Part shown: positions 13,845 through 30,656 of the stretch, piece by piece
Layout of the letters: every line of letters begins with the position of its first letter
How positions within the stretch are numbered: position 1 is the first letter of the stretch
Source of the DNA: Eledone cirrhosa
Lineage: Eukaryota
Length of the DNA stretch: 64,000 nt
Reading direction: 5' to 3'
NCBI GenBank assembly: GCA_964016885.1
Contig: OZ024749.1
Coordinates: 12,524,001-12,588,000, forward strand
Program-made: the position numbers and the translations under genes
Notes under the pieces: generated by a model
Seen by the model: the letters and a program-made list of their open reading frames with translations, nothing else
The model's database searches: none
Told to the model about the DNA's origin: nothing

Positions 13845-14530
13845 AGGGAATTTGGTGAGAAAAAAGATGTTCCTCAGGAGGAAGCGCACCAGATTTGTGT
13901 GGATGAGGCGCAATCTGTCATCCTCATCAGATGCTTGGTCTCCAGGAACTCACATGTAGCTTTCGGGAAGATTGGAGAGCCAAGAATGGGCAAGGTTTCC
14001 TTCGAGTCAATCGAACCCCACTCAAGACAGGTTCGATGCTGAACATGGTGACTTAGAATTTGACTTCATCATAACTCATGCTGAGGACCTCAGATTTGGA
14101 CGGGTTGATCTCTAGCCCGAGGAGCCTTAGAATAGGAATGACCCACCCGAGTTCCTCAACAACAGACCTAGCCAAATTTCCCAGAGTCGCATTGTCAAAG
14201 AACCAAACATTGCACGGTGAGCTGAGTGAGCGATATTATCAAGATCAGTAGAGAAAGTAATGGAACGAGTGGGTCCCTCGTGGCAAAGTTGATCTGCTTG
14301 TCAGCAGGCATAAGTGTGATGGGTCTCTCATAAGGGAGGCGAGAGAGGGAGAAGGTCTTAGAGAGTTCTCTAAATCTGATGCCACATAATGCTGTTGAAG
14401 ACTTTACACATGTCCAACCTAAGAGAGGTGAGAGTCATGTGCTCTATAAAGTGTCTGGCAGGATATGTTGTCACCTCACATCAACACTTAACTCCCAGTC
14501 CGAGCTGGAAAGGTCGGTCTTGTCTGAGTG
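13845..14530 (-). mobile_element. CRE-clade-like non-LTR retrotransposon RT fragment
   Basis: Minus strand gives RDPLVPLL, NVWFFDNATLG, LRLLGLEINPSKSEV, FLLRNIF, resembling CRE-type WYLDDGTLG...LGLxLNxSKCE; frameshifted. Confidence 0.6.
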
Positions 14531-14751
14531 TGTGTGTAAATAGGATAAAATGCTTTGTAAATAAAATTTGAAATTATTAGGTTCTTAAGTATAAAATGTT
14601 TCAGTTTTAAATCGGACATTTTAGATTTAATGGACTGATACAAGGGAGATTACTTTGACTTTTTAGTTATCTGTATTTAAAGTAAAAAAAAAAAAGTCGC
14701 TCTCCATGGCTGAATACAATAAATATAATCTGAGTTTTTCGAATATTAATA

Positions 14752-15035
14752 ATAACATTTTATTCGTTTGCAATTATGCAAACAAGCCTCATTTTTAAAG
14801 CCATGTCAATAGAATGAACCCTTCACTCTTGCTCTTGAGTTGGCAAGTGAACAGAACTGCAGACACTAATGTTTCTGGGTATCTCCCTTCATCAGTACAG
14901 CTCACTGTTCACCTGCCAACTGTCAGAGCTAGTGAAAATATATGCTATTTTCTAAAATATACAGTGACTGATCGGCCTGATTTACATATTAAAAATGAGG
15001 CTTGTTTGCATAATTGCAAACTAATCGAATGTTAT
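14752..15035. mobile_element. MITE-like element with ~45-bp terminal inverted repeats
   Basis: ttcgtttgcaattatgcaaacaagcctcatttttaa mirrored at ~14989-15035; related to 43836-44516. Confidence 0.75.
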
Positions 15036-15372
15036 GAGTTACGTCCCTTTATGATCTGAGTTCAAATCCCGCCGAGGTTAACTTTGCCTTTCATCCTTAC
15101 GGGAATCGATAAAATGAAGTACCAGTAATGTACTGAGGTAATTGCTGGCCTTGTGCCAATAATTGTTTCTACTTAAGGCACAAGGCCAGCAATCAACCCC
15201 AGTACATTACTGGTACTTTATTTTATCGACCCCGTAAGGATGAAAGGCAAAGTCAACCTCGGCGGGATTTGAACTCAGATCGTAAAGGGACGTAACTATG
15301 CTGGAAAGCATGGCGTCCGACCCTCTACCGATACTGCCAATCCACCTTGTGCCAATAATAGAAACAATTATT
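15036..15372. mobile_element. SINE family B (+) with a second SINE B (-) inserted in its tail
   Basis: TSD ccttgtgccaataat at 15149-15163 and 15345-15359. Confidence 0.9.
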
Positions 15373-15559
15373 AACATTTGAAAAACTCATTACATTTATT
15401 CTATTTAGAGTGATTTCCCTTATATTACAAATTATTTAATTTCTTTTACGTTAGGCGGGGAGATAACTCTCAAAGCATACAGCTAAAATCTTGTGAGACT
15501 AAACTCCCTTGCATATGAAATGCATTTTATTTTACTAAATTGGATTTCATGCAAGGCGG

Positions 15560-16170
15560 TGGACTAAAAGGTTCATAGGTTGATTAAGAAGGAATGAGGC
15601 TAGAGCTGTGAGATCTTGCATGCATTAATCTTACAATTTCTTAATAATTGCATTGTTCTTTTCCAGGTAAGATGACGTCTGATTGTTCAAAGAAGACTTC
15701 AAATGTAACTAGTTGTTGCTTCTTTTAAAAATAGACAAAATATGGCATTGTGGTGCTACCGTGGTTGCTGCATTAGGGATACCACTTTAACTTGATCAAC
15801 AGTGCAAAAGTGGGCAGCTAAATGTAGGAGGGAAAAGGGGTGTACGAAAGCTGACTCAATGTCTGGGTGTCCTGCAACTACCAGCACCGAGGAAGACATA
15901 GATCGCGCTCCCCACAGGGTGATGGATGAATGTTGATTGATTATAAATCAAATAGCCATTGCTATTAGCATATCGAGTCAGAAAGTGGAGAATATTCTGC
16001 ACAGTGAACTTAGCATAATGGAGGTTTCTGCTCGGTGGGTGACAGGTCTTCTGACACCTGATAAAAAGTAAACCAGGCTGATCACATCACGGGGTAATAT
16101 GACATTGTTTGAGGCAGATTCAACTGGTTTTTGTGGAAGTTTCTTAACCAAGAATGAGTGTTGGGTTAAG
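15560..16170 (+). mobile_element. Mariner transposase relic with adjacent terminal sequence
   Basis: ENILHSELSIMEVSARWVTGLLTPDKK (WVPxxL linker-like) and FLTKNECWV (TxDExW-like); stops present. Confidence 0.8.
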
Positions 16171-16399
16171 TTTAGAATAAATATTTTGTGCTAGGCTTTA
16201 GTGTTCTCCCTTCTATAATAAATAAAATAGTCTTAGAGATTAAATTTAATTTAATGTATTTGCAGTTATATGGAGTAATTCAGTATTTTTAACTGAATTG
16301 ATTATTAGGTATCTACCTATCTCTGTGTATGTGAGAGAGAGAGATCATTATTAAGCCTTTTGTCAGAAGACAGTCACAATATTTCTATCATAATGTCTT

Positions 16400-16892
16400 C
16401 TGCTTCGTGGTCCAAATCAACAAGATGGAGAGGACCATGTCCCGAAAGACAGCGAGGGAGACACTGGAACAGCCATTACACCTCACATCTGTGGGTAGCC
16501 AGCTTTGTTCCGACACCAGTGAGAGTGATGTGATCCAGGTGAGTTCAAGAACACTGAAGTTTCCACTGCTACAGTCTCAACTACAAACCTATCTGAGAGC
16601 AGCCGATACATTGACAGTTTGCCCTCCTCTACCTATTGAGCAGAATATCCTGGGTTAGTTGCCAAATGTAAAAGAGGAATTTGCTGAGAACAAAGATGTT
16701 CCTTGGGAGGAAGAGCACCGCATACATGTCGATGAAGCGCAATCTGTCCGTATCCTCATCAGGTTTTCACGGATTGGAGAACCGAAAATGCGGATGGTTT
16801 CCTTCGGGCCAGCTAACCCCGGTAAGGACAGATTTGATCTGAACACCCTGACCGAGAAGATGACTTTGCCGTAGCTCTCATTGAGGACCTCA
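16400..16892 (-). mobile_element. Second, diverged CRE-like fragment
   Basis: 16675-16890 aligns by eye with 13850-14092 (aagatgttcc...gcgcaatctgtc...tgaggacctca). Confidence 0.55.
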
Positions 16893-16993
16893 AAGAAAAA
16901 TTTCAAAAATCGAAAAATCCCCAAATCGAAAAAAGACAAAATAAATAGGGATGGACAAATGAAAGCGTCATTCTTGTTTATTATTATATATAA

Positions 16994-17098
<105 letters not shown>

Positions 17099-17261
17099 GG
17101 GAGGGTCCTATTTGTGTAATAATATAATAATATTGCCAGAATTAATAACAGAACAACCTCACTGTTATACTCCCCAAGTATAACAATATTTGTTTCGACA
17201 CACGATTTCATATAAAAAACCTCGCAAAACTAATTCATCGCCGTTATATATATATATAAAT

Positions 17262-17295
<34 letters not shown>

Positions 17296-17299
17296 GGCC

Positions 17300-17820
17300 C
17301 CATGCCCCTCCCACTGTCAAATGGTCATGTAGGTGTCACGACAAAAAGCATCCAGTCCTCACTGTAAAGTGGTGATGTAGGCGCCACGGTAAAAACGCAC
17401 CCAGTACTCACTGTAAATGCGGTTGGTGTTTGGAAGGGCATCAAGCTGTAGAAATCGAGCCAAAATCAGTCCTGTGTGAGCAAGACATGGTCACCTGACC
17501 TGGCATTGCCCACAACAGGACAACCAGTCTAACCCATGCTAGCGTAGAAACATTGACGTAAAATGGTGATGATGATGATGATGCTATATATATATACATC
17601 ATCATCATCGTTTAACGTCTATCTTCCACGCTAGCATGGGTTAGACGGGATTTGTCCAACTTGAGGCAAGATTGATTGGGTGACCGTGTCTCGCTCGTAT
17701 AGGACTGTATCTGGCAGGTTTTCTACGACTGGATGCCCTTCCTAATACCAACCACATTTACAGTGTGCACTGGGAGCCTTTTTACCATGTTTCCTACACA
17801 ATCACTTTACAGCGTGGACT
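17300..17820. mobile_element. Tail-to-tail pair of SINE A-related tails (+ ~17300-17583; - 17597-17820)
   Basis: aacccatgctagcgtagaaa...gatgatgat faces its reverse complement catcatcat...ccacgctagcatgggtt. Confidence 0.75.
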
Positions 17821-18221
17821 GTTTAGCATACCGAAAAGCAACCAGGTCCAAACTTAAGGAGTAAGCCGAGGCGGTGGCTTTGCGATAGAGATTTATGTTA
17901 AAGTTTTAATAATGGGTAACTGTAGAAGATTAGTTTCTAGAAAGGGTCCATCAGATTTAAGCATATTATTAAAAACGTTTGAGATAGTAATAATAACATA
18001 GAAAGGTATGGATAGAATGAAGTTCCGAGTGAGAAAAGATTAGATTGTAAGTTTTAACAATATCAACAATACGTAATTCCGAGAGACAATAGAACAGTTT
18101 AAATTATTGATGGCCAAATGGATTACGAAAGGAGGGACTAGACAATTGAAGAGCTTACATTTCTAGTTCAACAACAATTCAGCAGTAAAGTTAGATAAAT
18201 TCATATACCCCATATTAAAAT

Positions 18222-18537
18222 AAATTTGTTTGAAATTTTAAGGTGTTTCCATTATCTTGTCCAACTCCTGTATATATATATATAACGAAGGAAATATGGT
18301 AAGGAACCAGATGGACCATAACGCACAAAAGTACTCAATACTTAGGGTAGTAGAGTGGGTAATAGGAACGAGTAGGACCCCGACGGCTGAGCTCAAGCCG
18401 TTTCGACGGCTAATTCTGGACTAAAAAAAAGAAAATGATCAGCCGTCGGGGTCCTACTCGTTCCTATATATATATATATATATATATACAGGGGTTGGAC
18501 AAAATAATGGAAACACCTTAACATTTCAATCAAATTT
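18222..18537. mobile_element. Outward-facing Tc1-like TIR pair flanking a pLTR-like fragment
   Basis: ggtgtttccattatcttgtccaactcctg-TA (18242-18270) and TA-caggggttggacaaaataatggaaacacc (18489-18517). Confidence 0.65.
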
Positions 18538-19076
18538 ATATATATATATATATATATAAATTTGTTATTCGATCTCGCTGAAATTATATTTATATATATA
18601 TATATATATAATTTCAGCGAGATCGAATAACAGGTTATAGAGGCCAAACAAACTGAGAATGGCGGTCAAGAAGCCATCAGCCACTTAAGCAAGCTAAACA
18701 GGTTAATCAAAAGAATAGTTACCTGGAATTGATGGTATAATCCAGTAAAGGGTTTTTGCGACGCCTAAATCAATTATCCTGCCTGTAAGCTTTTGGTAAA
18801 ATGAACGAACAAGGCTGCCACTTCGTCAACAGATATTTTGTTCTCAGCCAGAGAGCGGGATTACGGCAGTAATAATATGTAGTGATAACCACACGTGCAA
18901 GGGAGGTAACTTCAGTTCTTGGCCGTGAATTCAGTATGTATAAAATTAATGCAAGAATTGCAAAAACTGCACAAATCGAATTAAGTTCCCAACCGGGTTG
19001 TTTTTAAACTTAAGCAATTAATCAGTCAATAGAATTATCTAATAGAATTAACTGGTCAAACAAAATAATATTTACC

Positions 19077-19107
<31 letters not shown>

Positions 19108-19112
<5 letters not shown>

Positions 19113-19300
19113 AAAAAGTATGACCCCGACGGCAGAGCTCAAGCCGTTTCGACGGCTATTTCTGTCCAGAAATAGCCGTCAAAACGGCTTGAGCTCTGCC
19201 GTCGGGGTCATACTTTTTCCTATTTCCCACTCTACCACCCTAGGTATTGAGTACTCTGGTGCGTTATGGTCCATCTGGTTCCTTACCACAATTCCTTTGT

Positions 19301-19301
<1 letters not shown>
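19108..19301 (+). mobile_element. pLTR-like short element with a 116-bp fold-back (sister copy 18285-18467, - strand)
   Basis: Palindrome 19108-19223, then a tail with gtattgagtac; sits in (TA)n. Confidence 0.65.
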
Positions 19302-19331
<30 letters not shown>

Positions 19332-19494
19332 CATATATATATATTTATACACACATATATATATATATATATATAACTTTGATAGATTTTGGCCAAAATT
19401 GGCCCAGGCCATGCCTAACTTAATAGCACCACCTGGCGAAGTCTTTCAAATTAGGATTTGGACACCATGGCCTATTCAAATAGAGAGTTATTGT

Positions 19495-21420
19495 TTATGG
19501 AGACATATGTGTGAGAGGTTTATCTGGGATTTCTTGGAGGAATTTATCCAAAGACTTCTTGAACTTTATGGGGTCTGTTTCTGTTTTACTGTGTTTTGGT
19601 GTAATGTTACAGAAAGCGGGGCCAATTGAGGTGAAATAATTGTGCCGTATTGTTGTTATGAGATGCAAGTTTGATTTTTGTTGTGGGCAGATAGCATGGG
19701 GTCCAAGCCTTGGGTGTACATTAAAGGTGATGTCAACATCATTTGGGCAATGCTGATGGAATATTTTCCATATCATGCAGATAATGTACCGCTCACGGTG
19801 GCATTGGAGAGAATAAAGTTTGAGTATTTCTAGTCGACCCCAATAGTCAAGGCCTGACATGCCATCTATCTCTTTTGGGATTGACCTTTGAGGTGCTTCA
19901 ATTTTCATGATACTTTGTTTCGTATGGGGAGACCACAGAGGACAACTGTATTCAAGGTGGAGTCGAGCAAAAGTGGAGAAGAGAAGGATAACAGTGTGGA
20001 TATCTCTCAACTGGAAGGTTCTGAGAATCCAGGAACACATTCTGCAGGCCATGTCAACTTTGCTGTTTATATGAATGGCCCAGCTTATGTTGTTGTCCAC
20101 AATTTCTCCCAAGTCTCTGATATTGTTGGATACCATGAGAGTTTCACCTGAAGGAAGAGAGTATGGGAGTTTCAGGGCATTCTCTTTTCCAAAGTGGATT
20201 AACTCGAATTTATCCTCATTCAGCATCATATTGTTATTTTCCACCCATTGGATAACAGCCAGTAGATCTGATTGAAGACATGTCCGGTCACCCACTCCAT
20301 TGATGACCTTCTGGAAATTGGAATCATCTGCAAATATTCTTATGTTGCTGTGCTTGATGATGTCAGTTATGTCATTTATATAAAATAATTGTTTCTACTT
20401 TTTGGCACAAGGCCAGCAATTATCCCAGTGTATTACTGGTACTTTATTTTATCGACCCTGTAAGGATGAAAGGCAAAGTTAACCTTGGCGGGATTTGAAC
20501 TATCCATAAAGGGATGTAACTGTGCTGCAAAGCATCGCGTCCGACTCTCTACAGATACTGCCAATCCACCACCCTATATAAAATAATGAAAAGAAGTGGG
20601 CCCAATACAGTGCCTTGTCGGACGCCACTGCTGCCTTTGGCTGGGCTTCATTTTACTCCTTTGACTACATGTTGGGTTCTGTTTGACAGGAAACACTTGA
20701 TCCACTGCAGCAACTTTCTAGTGACACCAATGTTGGATAGTTGCTGAAATCAAGGTAGATGACATCAGAGTTAGAACCCTCTCCCAAAGCTCTCAAAATG
20801 TCATCAAAATGAGGCAGTAGCTGCGTCAGGCAATCCCTTCCATTACGGAACTTATGCTGGTTGAAGTTCAGCAGATTGTTGCTTTCAAGGAAGTGAGTTA
20901 TTCGTGATCTCTCCACCCTCTCAAATACCTTAATGATATGAGTGAGATCAGATTGTAATTCACGGCAAGGGATTTGTTTCCCTTTTGAAAACTGGGACAG
21001 TTGTCTGGTATATATCCAGCATCCTGTGAGTTCCTCCACAGATTAGCAAGAGGAGATGCAAGTCAGTGTCGACACACCTTCAGGACACAAGCAGGGAACC
21101 TATCAGGGCCTAATGCTGAATTGGGTTTAGTTTCTTTTATTGCGGCTAAGACATCAGGGGTGCCAAACGTTATATCCAATATAGTATGTTGGGGACTAAC
21201 ATCACTAATACAGCCCAGATCAGCCATATCAGCATTGCTGAAAACAGGGCAGTATTGTTTCTGCAGTATCTCACCCATGGTTTTGGCATTATCTTGGAGT
21301 CCTACCCTCTACCGATACTGCCAAATGGCAGTCAAAAGGGTGTGTTGCTGTTAGCAGTATTTCAGTTTGTTGATTTTGTTTTGTTAATTCTTGCTCATCC
21401 CGGTCTGGCTCTGGCGTAGT
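19495..21420 (-). mobile_element. CR1-like LINE ORF2 fragment, interrupted by SINE B
   Basis: DVIYLDFS, QGTVLGPLLF, IFADDS, HLEYSCPLWSP, LDYWGRLEILKLYSL. Confidence 0.9.
20390..20574 (-). mobile_element. SINE family B inserted in the CR1
   Basis: TSD tatataaaataat at 20377-20389 and 20575-20587. Confidence 0.9.
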
Positions 21421-21424
21421 TTCT

Positions 21425-23965
21425 CAAGCGGGTTCCCAACCTCAATTTACAGTAAGTGCTGGCTGCTTTTTATCGTGTTTCCTAAATGACCACTTTTTGG
21501 TGTGTCACCTTCACGGTCACTTTACAGTGTGGGCTGGGGGGGGGGGGGGGGCTTCACTGGATGCATTTACTTTGACCTGTCCTCCTGGGGGTGTATGGGA
21601 GGGTGGGGCATACTGTATATATGCTGCGGCTTGTGTGCTCGTGGGAAGTTGGGTCGCCAGAGATCCCGGTCATGTGTCATCTCCTCTGAGAGGTACAACT
21701 GGGCAAGATCGGCTTTTATCACCTTATCTCAAGTCTTCCTGGGTCCCCCCACTCGAAGGCTTCCATCGACTTTGAGTGCTCTGCATTTTATTATGTTACC
21801 TTCATGCGCAGCACATGTCCATACCAACGCAATCTCCTCTCCTGCACACAGCATTTGATTCTTCTTATGCCTAGTTTTTCTCTCAGTTCATTTCTGTTTT
21901 GCCGTTCTCGTATATTACTATTACACATCCATTGGAGCATGCAAGCTTCGTTTCTTTCCAATCTACACAAGTCTTCTGCACACAACACTCAGGTCGCACT
22001 GCCATGTAACATTGTTGTTCGTATGCACGCATCATACAGTCTGCCTTTCATTCTGAGGGAGAAGCCTTTGGCAGCCAGCAGTGGTAGTAGCTCCCTGAAC
22101 CTCCTCCATCCCCTTCTTACTCTAGCTACTATACTTTCAGACCACCTAGCTCTGCTGTTAATTCAGTCACCCAAGATAGCAGAAGCTGTCTACCGTTTCT
22201 ACAGAGCCCTCCCAGAATTTGGTAGCACTTGTTTCCTGCGGTCATTTGCTGCTTACTGTCCTGGTGAAAGTGCTACACATAAAGCCTACATTCTTAGCTA
22301 AACTTCCTGAGATCCTACTACATCTCTTGTGTACCCATAGTTTGCATTTGGGGCAGAGGATGGAGTTTCTACCTACACCTTTCCTATATACTGAGCAAGG
22401 CCATTTCCCTGAGGGGTATCTGGATTCTGTTTTCTCTTCTACCTATCGTTTTGCATCCAGTCTTAAACTTGCCTGCAAAACGATAATAAATAGGAGAGAG
22501 TTAAGAACAGAGCCCTGGCGGACGCCAATCTGTATACTAAATTCCTCGCTATAGTCATTGTTAATCCTGACTTTGCTGACAGCTCCCCTATACATGGCTT
22601 GTACAGCCTTTACAAGCCATTCTTCTACTCCTAGCTTTCTAAGAGCCCACCAAATTATGTCATGGAGCACTCTCTCCAAAGCTTTCTCCAGATCAACAAA
22701 TGCTAGGTAGAGAGGCTTACTTTTAGCTAGGTACTTTTCCTGTAACTGTCTCACAAGGAAGAGGGCATCGGTTGTGCTTTTGCCTGGTATAAATCCAAAC
22801 TGCATCTCATCTAGATTTACCCTGTCCCTAATCAACTGTGCTGATTCTTTCTGTTACTTTCATGACCTGGTCCATCAGCTTTATACCTCTATAGTTACCT
22901 CTATCTAGTGCATCCCCTTTACCCTTATAGCAATTGACAATGATGCTGCTGCCCCACTCATTTGGTATAATGCCATCTAGTATTAACAATATGTGTGGTT
23001 AAGGTGTGGCCTACTGACTCAGATACTTTCAGTATCTCAGCAACTATTCCTGATGGACCGGCTGCTTTCCCAGTTTCCATATCCTTAATTGCCTTACTAA
23101 CTACACTGCTACTGACTTGTACTGCTGGGCCCTCAATGGGATCTGCTTGGGGTAGGGTCTCTTTCTCCTATACATTCTCCTCATTCAGTAATCTTTCATA
23201 ATGGCTCTTCCATGCATCTTTCTTCCCAGCATCTGTGAGGGCAAGTGCACCTTTATCATCCTGGACACACTTCTCATCAATGACATCACAATTTTCTCTA
23301 ACACACTGCCTCGCAATCCTGAACACCTCCTGTTTCTGGTCCTCATGCTGCAAAACATGCTTGAATTTTTTTATCCTCCACTTCCCTTCTAGCCAAGTAT
23401 ACTTGTCACCTAACTTCCCTCCTGGTCTCTATGTAATGTACCCTCTCCCCCCATTTTTCCATTGTTTCCATTCCTGACTCTTGGCCTTAATTGCTTCATC
23501 TGCCGTATTGTTCCACCACCAAGTCACTCTCCTTCTCCCTGTTGTTTTGCCCCAACCACAGATCTTGTCCTTTGCTTTTAGTAGGTTATTTTTTAGGAAC
23601 TCCCAGTGCTCTTCTACATTGAATGTCTTTATCTGTTCTTCTCTACTGTCATAAACGTCAAGTAAAATATTTCTGCATTTGTTACTCTCTGAGGGATCTT
23701 TCAGCTTCCAGATCTTTCTTCTCCAGGTTGCCTTTTGTTTCAAAGTTCGACTAGCTCTGACAATGAGGTCGCTGACTACTAGGCTGTGTTGGGAGATACA
23801 TTCCTCGCCCGGGAAGACTTTCGTGTTAACAACCCATCCATCTATCTTGTCCTCTGGTAAGGATAAAATCTATCTGGCTAGTATGCTCCCCAGATCTGTA
23901 GGTGATCAGGTGGTTGTTGGGTTTTGTTGAAGTTTGTGTTACATATCAACAGGTTTTTGTGGAGT
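21425..23965 (-). mobile_element. RTE LINE (end of endonuclease, RT with Cys/His finger, 3' UTR), decayed
   Basis: QIDFIL, TWWWN, AGPSGI, QFGFIPGKSTTDA, FVDLEKA, GVRQGSVL, GKWPC...WVHKRC, RLRWYGHVLR. Confidence 0.92.
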
Positions 23966-24371
23966 AGGAGTTGGGTGTATGTTTTCAGTATCTTAATTAA
24001 GGATTTGCATGGTCACCTGGAAACATGTGGGTTCATATTCATTCAAAGTTGTTCATCCATAGTTAACGATAGACAAAGATTTCTCAAGAGGAGAATGGTC
24101 AAGAAAGATAACTAGTAATATTTGTTGCCGCAGGTGATGGATGAAGGTATGTTGTGGTTTGATTGGTCAGTGAGTCTATGGTGGTGTGTGGGGGGAGAGA
24201 AAATGCGAGATAGATAAGTAAGTATAAATACACTGGGCTCTGAGAAGACCTAGATGTCTATGTCTATGGACGGCAAAAGAAATAGATGAATTGTACAGAC
24301 ATTATAAGTGGAATACGATAAAACCAACTTCCTTGCCCTGTAGCTTGAAGAATAGATGCGAGAAAAATATA

Positions 24372-29788
<5,417 letters not shown>

Positions 29789-29790
<2 letters not shown>

Positions 29791-30137
29791 AGGCACATGG
29801 CTTAGTGGTTAGAGCATTGACCTTGCAATCGAAAGGTTGTGAGTTCAATTCTCAGATCGGGTGATGTGTTGTTTCCTTGAGCATGACACTTTATTTCACA
29901 TTGCTCCAGTTTACTCAGCTGTAGAAATGAGATGATAGGGACTGGGGTCCATATCATTCCACTGCAAAGTGGTCGTGGAGGTGCCACAACAAAAAAACAC
30001 CCAGCACTCACTGTAAATGAGGTTGGTGTTAGGAAGGGCATCCAGCTGTAGAAATCAAGCCAGAATCTGTTCCCGTCCCTTCCTTGCAAGCAGGGAAAAA
30101 GCGGACGTAAAAAAAAAAAATAAAAAATGAAATGATA
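29789..30137 (+). mobile_element. SINE family A, full length (tRNA-like head)
   Basis: A box tggcttagtgg, B box gagttcaattc, ccttgagca..acacttt core, RTE-like tail. Confidence 0.9.
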
Positions 30138-30564
30138 TACAAGGGCGGTGCCCCAGCATGGCCTCAGCCGGATGGCTGAAACAGGTAAAAGAGTAAAAGA
30201 GTAAGTAGAAGGGATATTTAATTTGTTGGTAATTCCACAAATATAAATGTTTATAACTGATTCAGAGCACTCGACAGATTTTCTGGAGTATAATATACAA
30301 TGATATTAAATAAATGGATACTATATTTATAAAACCATATTTATTCTATTATATATATTTCAAGGGTACGAAAAACTTTGGTACGCTTTCATCAGATAAA
30401 ATACAAAGAGTATTTTATAAATTTTGACATAGCCAAGGAAACCATACCTTATCAGTTGAACCCAGTAACGATCTGCTCCTCAGACTGGTGGCTATTATAT
30501 ACACTCTGTCTGTGTATAGAGTGTTTGATTTGGTACCAACACCAGTATTGCACTGTACTACCTT

Positions 30565-30617
<53 letters not shown>

Positions 30618-30656
30618 AGGTTATAGTTCACTTGAAGCATTGTGTAATGAGGTATA

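Noticed and set aside
29789-29862. tRNA gene
   Set aside because: A/B boxes belong to a SINE head that continues into core and tail; multiple dispersed copies
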